A stretch of DNA of 64,000 bases, from contig OZ296651.1 in the NCBI GenBank assembly GCA_965655095.1, positions 57,288,001 through 57,352,000 on the forward strand, in the 5' to 3' direction. The translations under genes and the position numbers were made by a program. The notes beneath the pieces were generated by a model. That model made no database searches, was not told where the DNA came from, and was given only the letters and a program-made list of their open reading frames with translations. Shown piece by piece: positions 13,119 to 23,100 of the stretch (position 1 is its first letter; every line of letters starts with the position of its first letter). Origin of the DNA: Haplodiscus bocki. Lineage: Eukaryota.

Positions 13119-14868
13119 GGGATAACTGGAATTTTGGGTGGGTGTCATGACCAAACCAAAACCAATGCTGCGACTATAGCTGAACTCTCAGACTATGCGG
13201 AAGGTATTGGTGATTTCGTTACACAACTGCACACAGCAACAGAGGAAAAGTTCTTTATAGTCTCAAAGGAAGTTGCTGCGCTGAGTGCAATGCAAGCTGA
13301 AATGTTAGAGACGCAACACGAATTGGAAAATAATAGAAAAACAGTTCGAGGTATTCCACAGTAACTTTCATATTCTAGAGGACTGCACCAGATGCATTTT
13401 TTCAAACCAACAACTGAATTTCAACTTTGATACTGTAGCTTCAGTGTTGTCAATCTTTTACTCGGATGTCACAAGTTACCGCTCAGCCCTATATAGTTTT
13501 CGATTAAAAATGATCAATTCAATTGCTTCATTATTGAGAAAACATTTACCAGTGTCATTAGCCCGAAGGAATCTTTACTGACACTCTTATCATCAGTTGC
13601 TCGTGAGCAGACGACAGCAAAGAACCGCCTCTTAACCATACCGATGACCGACTTGATATCATATTACGATTCTCAGTTATTACAAGACGTTGTTTCGGTA
13701 GACTTGGGAGTCTTGATGACGTTGTCTATACCAATGGCATCGCGCCAAACAGCTTTCACAGTTTACAAAGCCAAAGTTATCCGGATGCCCCAGCCCGAGT
13801 CAGAACTAGCTCTGGGTGGATAATTGAACAGCCCTATAAATAGTTATCTGAAGATACTATGGAAAGAGCTCTCTTGTCACAGTCACAGCTAGACAATTGC
13901 ACCAGAGCTCGAGATCTCGCATATGTCCTGATGCGATTCCAAGAGAGCTCGGACATAGTTCATGCGTAGCGACTCTTTAGTTTGAAACATGCATCGACGC
14001 TCTAAGTGTTTGTGAAACTGAGTCGTTCTTCCTTCCAGTACAAGAGCCAGCTGAAAAGTTAGGCTATGGAATATGGTTATTCACTTCATCATCAGCTGCT
14101 TTTTCATTTCGAGAAACAAATATAGATTCTAAACTGCTACTGATTTCAAATCATATGATGGGTTTCGTATTTCTATCGTCACGCTAGATTGCGGAAAACA
14201 ATTAATTTCACCTAACCTGTAAATCTGAAACGATTTGAGCATTTGTTCGAAACCACTTGCAATCAAAATCAGGGTTCGATCACCAGGTGCTCTGATCCAT
14301 TTGATAACGGAACTGCCAAAAGATTCAAATATGCCTTTCTTTGATTCAAAATCATCCGCTGGAGTTGAACTCCTGTGGAATGTTGCGGAATCATTGAGGC
14401 ATGCATCAAATAAACACGACCTGAGTCAGAATGTTGATATTGCAAAACCATTTGCTGAACGTGTGTCTTTAATTAAACATCGTTTCGAAAAAGAACTGAA
14501 ATTTTTAGTACCATTGAAATTGTCTCTAGCTATATCACTTTTCAGTTTCCTTGGATCCATGCTGCTCCATCTGTTGTTTTTCTACTTATATAATCGTTTC
14601 CATGCTGTTGGGAGACCAGTGCCTAAGTTCCTCCGTATTGGAGATGCAAACATTGAAATAAAACCCGTTGTTACAGCTGAAATGCCGGACATCTTCGCAG
14701 CAAATGACATGTTTGACCCTAAACGAAAATCAAAATTTTGTTTTCGGCACTGATATCACGTTCAGTGATAAAGCCTGCCTTTCACGTCTTGGAAGTACAA
14801 TACCATCGGCCATATCATATGGCGATGACTTCTGTAAGTCATCTGCCCCTGCTGAAAACGAAATTTAG
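13119..14868 (+). pseudogene. env-like relic, unit 6
   Basis: Fragments 13134-13364, 14235-14753, 14668-14868. Confidence 0.7.
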
Positions 14869-15134
14869 TCAATTTCAAAAACATTATCAATACTCAGAAA
14901 TATCTTCATATTTGTTCGAATCAATCGCACATCAACCAACACCATTCGTGCAGTAGGTTAAAGATAAAATCATAAAGGTAAAGCATAGGCTCTTGTCTTC
15001 TAAGTGGCTCTCTTTCTCTCTGACTTCCCCAATATCCCAGGCATTAATACTGGCATCTGTCCTAGCCAATCCCTTGTACAATAACTTTCATTTACCTATA
15101 GATTCTGTGGCGACAGACTCTTTTGGGGAGGTAG

Positions 15135-15569
15135 TGTCATGACCCTCTTGGAAATAATCACTTCGGTGCATGATCGATTAACAATTTCACCTTGTGGCTG
15201 AGTTTCAACCTTTTGAGCAATTTTGGAACTTGAAATTTGGAGTGGAATTCGCATTCCAAATTCAAAATGCACTCACTCAAAAAACGATGACAACCACATG
15301 AGCTCAAACACTGTTATATATTCAACACAGGTATCTCTGTGGGCGTCAGGCAGAATGTGAGATTGATCTAAAATACATACCCTTTCAGAATTTATCATCA
15401 GAAGTTGTTTGCAATAAATTGATGGCCGAAAGAAGTATAAATTTTAGGTGCGCTCTGCCTTATTGAAAGTGTTGAGTTGTTCGACCTAGCATCCGTTTTG
15501 AAACTTCAAGAGCCGTCCCCATAAGAGATAGAAAGAAATAGAAAAGAGAGGAAAACGAAAAACACCACG
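15135..15569 (+). repeat. Terminal (3') LTR copy 7 (435 bp; ends CCACG rather than CCACA)
   Basis: Homology to the unit stops exactly at the LTR end and no PBS follows, which independently marks the LTR boundary. Confidence 0.8.
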
Positions 15570-15962
15570 AAAAAAACTAACAGAAGTTCTTCTACCGGAA
15601 ACTTTCGAATTTGGAAAAATCTACCTAGTCAATCTCTCACTCTGGTTGATTCAGATTTCATGCAATTAGGACGACTGGATGTCGTACTCTTCAGTTCTGA
15701 TGTTTACGAAACAGTTGTCTTAGATGGCAAACTAAACAACAACCTTCACTGCAGAAACGCCAGTTTCGGATATGTATTATCAGGAACCGCCAAACACACG
15801 CCATCAATAGTCACATCGGTCAAACTCCTGCCAACAAACTTTGACTTAAAACCCTTTTAGATGCTCCAGGACTTTCCAACGCTACACAAATTCATGAGTT
15901 AAGTCAAAAGCATTTCACAGAGACAACCAGACGGCCATCCAACGGCAAGTTCGTGGCCTCCC
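15570..15962 (+). mobile_element. BEL/Pao LTR retrotransposon pol fragment (region at/after the DUF1758-type protease), decayed
   Basis: LTLVDSDFMQLGRLDVVLFSSDVYETVVLDGK...RNASFGYVLSG...FDLKPF*...QKHFTETTRRPSNGKFV resembles the BEL/Pao pattern LADPxF..PG.ID.LLG.D...T.FGW.LSG...FWE...HF..T..R..GR..V. Confidence 0.7.
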
Positions 15963-16859
15963 AAAAAAATCAGTAGCTGAAAGTGTCGGAACAAGTGACA
16001 CACGTGTGTTAAAGTCTGGGTGTTAGTTACCGCTGTGTGGTATTTCCTATGGTATAGTAGAATAACGATTCAAACTTAACATTAGAGATCCATCAAACAG
16101 TTGAAGATCTGCTGTTTTCTACATTACGTGAACATTGGGAACGCTCCGGTTATGAGAACTTTGACAGCTTTTCCAACATTCATGGGAAAGCAACAATACT
16201 AGAAAATCCTCAAGGCATTTTCCTCATTCTTATAGCACTAAGCTTTTGAGCTGTGCTTGGCTCATGTTTTAACAACCATTGATATCGAAAAGCTTCTACA
16301 TTTTAGTATAGGAGTTCTAGAATTTTAACGGAAAACATATGCGTATTCAAAAAAAACTTTCTGAATTTTTTCAAATGTCAACAGATTTCGAGACTTCTCT
16401 GACTACCATCTACGACACGTTTCGTCTATTGGGAAAGAAATATTTCGGAAGTTTCAATTTTGACTCGAGTCCGAAGTACTGAAATATTTTTTTTTCAAGT
16501 GAGCAGCTCTGCTATGTTTAGGCAAGAAAAATCTACATCAGTTTCAGTGGTCTCAAAAAGTACCTGATTTTTGTTGAGTTTGAAGTTTTTGAGTTTTTTA
16601 ACTAAGGTATATACCAATTGAAAACAAAAACTGCAACGATTAAATCGAAAGTTTTGAAATCGTAATTTGATCGTTAGAAGTCCGCCGCTGCCGCCTCCTC
16701 CAGCAACTTTCTCTGGGTCGAGCTCTAGTAGTCTGCTGTGCAGGTAATCGTAATTGGACAGCGCTCTCCCAATTCAAACCAAAAAGCTGTTTTGCCAGTT
16801 GTCGGCTCTGGTATGGAACGAAAGAAGACGACCGACCAAGCTGGTTTAAGGGCGGAGAG

Positions 16860-17015
16860 ATAAGTTTTCTAAACTCTCCCAACTTGCTTCATTGCGCATT
16901 ATAGTTTTCCATCTGTCTGCATTTGCGAATGTTATCGTCAACGAAACGCCCGAGAGGTGTGCATTATAGTGCTGCAGCTTTTCGCTATTATTGTGAGAGT
17001 AATACTATCGTATCA
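16860..17015 (-). pseudogene. Possible N-terminus of a Maverick adenain-type cysteine protease, decayed
   Basis: DSITLTIIAKSCST...LGRFVDDNIRK directly downstream of the major capsid gene resembles the GxFxxD motif. Catalytic His/Cys not seen. Confidence 0.35.
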
Positions 17016-17021
17016 ATCAAC

Positions 17022-18302
17022 CTACCAAGCATGAAGCAATGGGTTCATGGAATTGTTCCCAGTCGAATCAATGAAGACTCAAGTGAAATTTTCCACAATG
17101 AGAAGCAACTGATATATGTATTCGGGAGCTTTGGGAAAGCACAACCTTGGAGTATCAGGCCACAATCATTATGTTCGGGAAACAATGTCAAGCTTTTGTT
17201 AGCCTCTTCGGTCGAAAAGGAAGAAATGATATGATCTCAAAACCTTCTATTTTTTTCGAGCTACTTTTTGGTAGGCTGAATGGCCGTAACTCTGTTACAA
17301 TAAAGCCTGACGTTGCTCGTGTCTAGGAGTGTCCCGCCAAGAGAAGCGCTGTTTCCGCGCTCGATCTCGACACCCTGTAGATATAGTTTTTGATTAGTGA
17401 GTTCCTGATAGTTTAATGCTGTGCTGCCAAATGTGGATTTTCGACCGCGCACAATGTCAATTGACAGATTGGCGAGTTTCCAAACACATTCTCTTTTACA
17501 AAGTTGTTCGTCCGGCCGGAATAATGGAACTCTTGTTCGAGCTTGCGATGTAGGGCTAAATGATGGCACTTTTTACCACAGGCTTTTCGATTGATAGTAC
17601 CACACTGTCTGCAACAACAAATTCTCTCAGAGGTAATCTCGCTCAATGGCGGCTTGTAATCTGCCATCGGTTGCTTTCGCCTCATTGTTCCATGCATGCA
17701 AAGCAGGGTATTGTTGGGCGACGGAAAGAGACTCAAGTTAAGTGTCACTTCCAACTGCAAAACCTCACTATCGAATATCTTTATATGCAGTGCTCCATTT
17801 ATTTCTTTTCCTGCTCGAATTCCGCACAGAATTGGTTGAATGCTCTAGTGTTATCACCGGATTTAGTCAAGTTTTTTATCTTTAACAGTTTGCCCAATTT
17901 TTCTTACCCGCGGTGTCAGTCGTTAGATCAGTCTGAATTAAAGCTGAATTAACATAATTGTTGCTGTTTGAATTAACCCTGCGATTCAGACGCAATTCAG
18001 CCTGCGGAAACAAAGTGTGAAGTGGTGTTTTTTGAAGTGACTGCTTTTTAACAACTTCCAGGCGAGTTTTGGCTCTTTCTTCGTCGGCACCAACTTCGAC
18101 TCTCAAAAGACTGAGATACATATCAATCGAGTTTTTGCTTCTGTTTACACAAAAAAATTCAATTGCGAACCTTGGCGATCAACATGCACAAGACGTTTTT
18201 GCTTGTCGAACCCTTCATACGTTGGGGTTTTCGAACCCGAGAACGTTGGGGTTTTCAAAAAACTCCAAAACGCTGTAGGTAACTGGGCCGGCAATTTTCC
18301 AT
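17022..18302 (-). pseudogene. Maverick/Polinton (adintovirus-like) major capsid protein, decayed
   Basis: Stitched minus frames: AGPVTYSVLEFFENPNVL...LHTLFPQAELRLNRRVNSNSNNYVNSALIQTDLTTD...PYIASSNKSSIIPAG-NNFVKENVFGNSPICQLTLC...NVRLYCNRVTAI...STEEANKSLTLFPE...VFIDSTGN. About 1.28 kb, with an LHSLFSQ-like motif typical of Polinton MCPs. Confidence 0.7.
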
Positions 18303-18399
18303 TGCGCTTACTGACGACGTCGATGTGGCCAGATTTTTACAAATCTCGGTGATTGTGATTGTTGTCGCAATCAGCAGCATAAGAAGCACAGAGTTGATT

Positions 18400-18840
18400 T
18401 TAGGAGAGAATGTCAGACCGAATTCTCTCTGTGGGGTTTGTGAATTATGAATTTTGATGAATTTTGTCGTGTTTTTTTTCGGCTACAACCTCTACTTTGT
18501 CAAATTCCTGCCCCGCCCGCAAGTTTGTTGTTGTTCAAGTGCTTATTATTAAAGTGATGACGGAAAAATTCTGAAATCTTTTCAAGCTTGGGGGTGACTG
18601 TTTTCTGAGCATTGTGGGTGAGCATCTTGCGAGGGGATTTTTTTCCGGCCACAATCAAATTTTTTCTGGTATCCTTGCTTCATGGAGTTTCTTGCCAACT
18701 TGGTTGGCTACAATAATTATGTACTTGAGATTGACTGGAATGGCGACCCTTCCCATTCGAAGAGGAAGGTCAAATTGGCCACCTCTCGTCTCCAGTTTGC
18801 CGTGGTGGACCTCTAAATGTTTGAGCTGGCCAAAATTTCT
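18400..18840 (-). pseudogene. Maverick basic core (pVII/PZ-like) protein, decayed
   Basis: FRGPPRQTG...GRVAIPVNLKYIIIVANQVGKKL...VAGKKSPRK...KLAGGAG...RIRSDILS*. Small basic Gly-rich gene located between penton and MCP. Confidence 0.55.
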
Positions 18841-18944
18841 CAGAAGAATTACACGACAAAAACAGCAACTACTTCAATACCACACGTGTTTTAAAAATGG
18901 TTTTTTCTTTGGAATGATGTTGTTTTCATGCGAACCTACATGCT

Positions 18945-19260
18945 ATTTGGCATAGTTTAAATTGGATGCTCGGACGACTGCTTCTCAGAAATGGCTTCCC
19001 TCCTTTTTTAGTGGCTAGAGTCAGTGTCAGTGTGATTGACTGAATTTTCGATTTGTACTATGTTTTTACTGCAAATTTCCGATGGGTCAGTTGTTGCTGA
19101 CCATGATGGTTGTGGGAGAAGTAACTATCTGGAAGAAATGACGGCAGCAGTGCAGTTTTAAGTCACGTTTTAAACAAGATTGCTATACTGAAACATGGTA
19201 TTGCTCCCAGCATTCAAAACAACATGCCATTAACTGTATTTTCGCACTGTGATTTTTCCA
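18945..19260 (-). pseudogene. Maverick minor capsid (penton) C-terminal part, decayed
   Basis: AGSNTMFQYSNLV*N...KTALLPS...KIQSITLTL...GKPFLRSSRPSIQFK resembles the penton pattern ...F.Y.D.V.....GD...LLR...I..I.I.L....G...PF..G.....L.F. Confidence 0.55.
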
Positions 19261-19742
19261 GTTTGATGAGTATCAGCGCCATCAGGGAGATCTTTATCAG
19301 CGGAGATCATTATTTGGCGTTTCTATATCTCAATTTCCTTCTTTATAGTTTGTCACTCTGCGTGCAGATATGTGCGTTCTCTTCATTTGTAGTTGATTTT
19401 TCATTAAAAAAAAGTTTTCAGAGCCGGCATGATGATATGTAGAGATGAAGGGTCATTCATTAGTTCCAAACAGGGTCGGAAAGGAAGGGAAAACTCGGAA
19501 TACCAAACGTCCGTGGGATTTTGCGAGAAAAGTTGATGCCATAATTGCAAGTTCAATTGATTTCCTTTTGCATTTAATTGTTAGGAGACAGATGTGTTCC
19601 AGAAGCGGCCTATTGACTTTTGAACCCTCAACGTTTTGGAAATTATCGCTTTGTTCCTAATGAAAATTGGTTAAGAATATATAATTTCTGGTTTTCCTCC
19701 AATTTGGTTTATAAACTCATTGTTTAAAGATCTTTTGGACAG

Positions 19743-20116
19743 GTGATAAATTCTCTGAGAACGGATCATCAAACTTCTACAGTCTATCTTGTCCAGTTTG
19801 CAACGACACAGTGAGCGCTAAAATGGATGAAGAGAATGTTTTGAGCCAATTACCAACCAACAAATTGCTGCAAAATATAGTTGACCGGTACCGCGCGGCT
19901 TTGGAACAAGTGGGTGTTAATGGTGACTCAAATTCACTGAACGAAGCCAAGGTGCAGGACGACGTGAAACTTCCTGATTGCGACATGTGCGAAGACGAAG
20001 AAGAGGGTCCTCAGGTTGCCACCAAGTGGTGTTCTGATTGTACGGTTCTGTATTGCGACAAGTGCTTTGCTCAGTGTCATAGAATGAAGGGACCTTTTGC
20101 TACTCATACTATAAAG
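19743..20116 (+). CDS. TRIM exon: last RING CxxC (CPVC) + B-box 1
   Basis: acag| ...LSCPVC...LPTNKLLQNIVDRY...CDMC...CSDC...YCDKCFAQCH...FATH |gtaaat. Confidence 0.9.
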
Positions 20117-23100
20117 GTAAATAATCTTCACACCGAAGTTCCTTGAGGATATCACAAACTGTCGGACTCCAGTCATACCATTGGATTCGGGAGACAAGGG
20201 CGTCGTTCAGAACAATTTTTGTCAAAATCAAGCAATTAGTTAGAGGCCTATTCATTTGACTTCTTTCGAGACATTAGGCTTGGCTTAATGCCAATAGATT
20301 TTGTGTTGAAGGTTTGGAGTGGAGAAAAGTTCATTTTGTTTTTTTTTAGATGTCAAAGGCTATTTTTGCGTCCTGTCTTTACAGTAAGCTCGGAATTCTT
20401 AATGTTTTTGCACTAATCAATGGAAGATCTTTCGGTTTAGCGGTGTGATGTGATAGTTTTTGTCACAAAAGAACGTGAATTTATGTTTTTATCGATACAG
20501 ATTTGTGATATACCACTTGCCCAGTGCGTTTGTTAACTTGGACCCCGATTCCAAACGCATTCGCAGGATACGGTTGCTTGTTGCTTAGTTGCAGTGGTAA
20601 GGTTGCAATTGACCGGGCCCAAAGTTGTCAGCAGCCGCAAATTTTTCGTCGGCGAGTTTGCGCTGAAAACATTTAAAACCGAGGTTTTTTAACAGTGCAA
20701 GTGGTACGCTAACGGTGACTGGTTTTTGCTAACTTTTCAGATGGCAAATTGCTCGTTTCCAGCTCCATTTCATTTAAAAATAGTAAATTTATCGTACATC
20801 TCTACTGTTATCTCTCCATTATTTGTTCTCTACCTAGTCTCGCCGGATTTTGCCACGAGCTCTCTGCCATTGCATAAACATGTAGTCCTTGATGTAAATA
20901 ACTGGTCGAGTACCTTCGCCAGCCTTGCCCTAAGCACCTTAGCGCCCATGTTTACGCGAGTGGAGTCAAGCCTATTCCCAGGAAGACACGTCAAAATGAT
21001 TTCGTTTTTCTGTCCGTGACATCCCTCTGCGTTTCATCTCTTTACTTGTAAATTTCTCGGCACCTATCGGTCTGACTTATCCGATTTTTGTTTAAGCACT
21101 ACGACGGGTTCACTATTTATCATATTCCCAACTTTCGGACGCCGAATTTTCGGGCGAGTTAATAGTGACAAAAATTTCATTTTCCGGATTTTTTTAGCGG
21201 GCAAAGGGTATATTATTGACTCCTGTCTTGACAGGAAGCTTGGAAATGCTAGTTATTACTTTAATCGATGGATCACTTTTCAGTTTAGCGGCGTGCATTG
21301 ATAATTCTGGAGAACGTTTCTGGGCTTTTTCAGTCAAGAAAACGCGAAACTTTTTGAATTTTTTCCAAACAGATTTGACTTTCCCCATTGCCCACTTCGT
21401 TTCCTAACTTTGACGCTCATTTTCCACAAACGCATTTGTAGGATCCGTTTGCTTTTTGCTTAGCTACACTGGCAACGTCGTAATTGACCGGGGCAAAAAA
21501 GCAGAAATTTTCTAAATTTGAAAAAATTACCAAATTTGATGCAGTATTTTTTGAGAAAAAAACTTTTCATCCTCTTAAAAGGCATGTTAAACAAAATTGG
21601 AGGGAGAAAAATATGCTGGTGGTAGCCGTCTGTTCTTGTATGTAGATTCATTTAAATGGACGTGTTGGGTATTTTATGGAAGCCGGAGTTGTTCGTCTTT
21701 ATTGGTGCACCCAGTTTTTTTCCCAGACATTTACAGCGTCTAATTGTAAAATGTTTGTGAAGTTGCAATGTAGCAAGTAAAAGGTAGATTCAGTGGACTG
21801 TCTTTAATAAGTCGATTGTTTCTATCATTGCACGATTCGTTACGGCATTATAACCTTTATATAGTTTCAAGGAAGGTGGCTGATTCTAACGGTTGTTACA
21901 ATTTAAACCTTGAAAGTTATTGTTTTGCTTTCCTGAATTTTTTCTTTTACACTCCCAATTAATTTTCCGGCTATGAATCTGCACTAATAGGACACAAAAA
22001 TGCAAATTTTTGTAATTTAGTCGTTTTTTCGAAAAAATAAGGTTGTTTAAAAAGGTTTTGAAGTGAGAGTGTCATAAGTGGAGCGAAGTTTCTGTAGACC
22101 TCAACACTGGTAATTTCAGAGTCAATTTATCTGATTTTCCACTTGCAAGCAGATGGTTTTTCGTTGAAAGGTCAATAGATCTTTACCTATATTGTAAGTT
22201 TTTTTGACTGCCAGATGAATATTTGTGTACTTTCCAAAGGTTCTGTAGAAAAGCTTGCAAAAATCTTTTATTGTTTGCTTTGAAAAACAAAGAGATTTTT
22301 TTGAGGTTAGAAGGTTGTAAACCGAAAATTAGTAAGGAGGTTTCGTCGGGCAGTTTTCTGTTTAAGGAATGCAGAAATTTGGTTTGTCAATTCTCGAGAC
22401 ACATTTCTGAAAATCCATTTTTTCGATCTATTTCTTGCCAGAAGTTTTGTTGTCAGTGAATGGTGTTTTGAAAAACACGTTAATGGGCCCTATATTTTTC
22501 CATAGGACTACTATCCTAAGTGCAGATCTTAATAAATGCTTTTTAAAGCCGAAATGGTTTTTTGGTCCAGAGAATTTCGAAATCTGGCGACAAAAATTGA
22601 AAATCGCCTTTTTTCGCCTGTTAAACGCCGTTCATGGTAAGGCTTGATTGATGAGGTACGTTAATCGTTAGTTATGCCTCGTATAGGATGGAGATGAAAT
22701 TCGGGATCGTTTTCTCAGTTTTTTGTTTTTCATAAAGTGAAATGTTTTTCTTTTTTTGCCAAAAATTCATCTAGAATGCATTGTTTTTGACATATGTACG
22801 AGTTTTCGCGTGGCGCAGTCCTCATCTGTGAAGCTTCACATGCTCATCGTGATCCTAGGACAAAGGACTTCGAATCCATGTTTTATATTTTTTGTTGTGT
22901 CACCGTCATAACGAACGTAATTCAACGTCTGCGTTTTCAAACTTTGACGCCCGCATTAATCGGGCTTTTTTGTCCCATTTTCGGCCCTTTACATAGTTAG
23001 ATCGAGTAGGTTGTGAATGAGCTTATCTCCAATGTTGAGCTGCCAAAAAATTTTCGCTATCAAAAAATCAACGAAAATATTCAAAAAGTACAGCCTTTTT

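Larger units (their letters stand above)
1..15569 (+). mobile_element. Tandem array of a non-autonomous, env-only LTR retroelement (6 full units + partial, shared LTRs); continues off the left edge
   Basis: Unit junction AACACCACA|TGGTGACAGG recurs at 805, 3247, 5709, 8171, 10638 and 13105, and the array ends at 15568/9. Periods are 2442-2467 bp. Each unit has LTR, PBS, env-like relic and PPT. Confidence 0.9.

Noticed and set aside
222-14956. Many recurring 60-90-aa ORFs on both strands within the array (e.g. MKKCIWCS..., MHFEFGMR...)
   Set aside because: They recur only because the DNA is repeated. They are antisense or off-frame shadows of the env relic or LTR, not independent genes.
1-15569. 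CRISPR array or tandem host gene family
   Set aside because: There is no short repeat-spacer structure, the context is eukaryotic, and the units carry LTR/PBS/PPT signals and shared stops.
16678-16743. Possible small TRIM exon (ttag|...SPPLPPPPATFSGSSSS...|gtaatc)
   Set aside because: The attractive Pro/Ser frame ends in phase 2 and would create a stop when joined to the phase-1 exon at 19743. Unsupported without RNA data.
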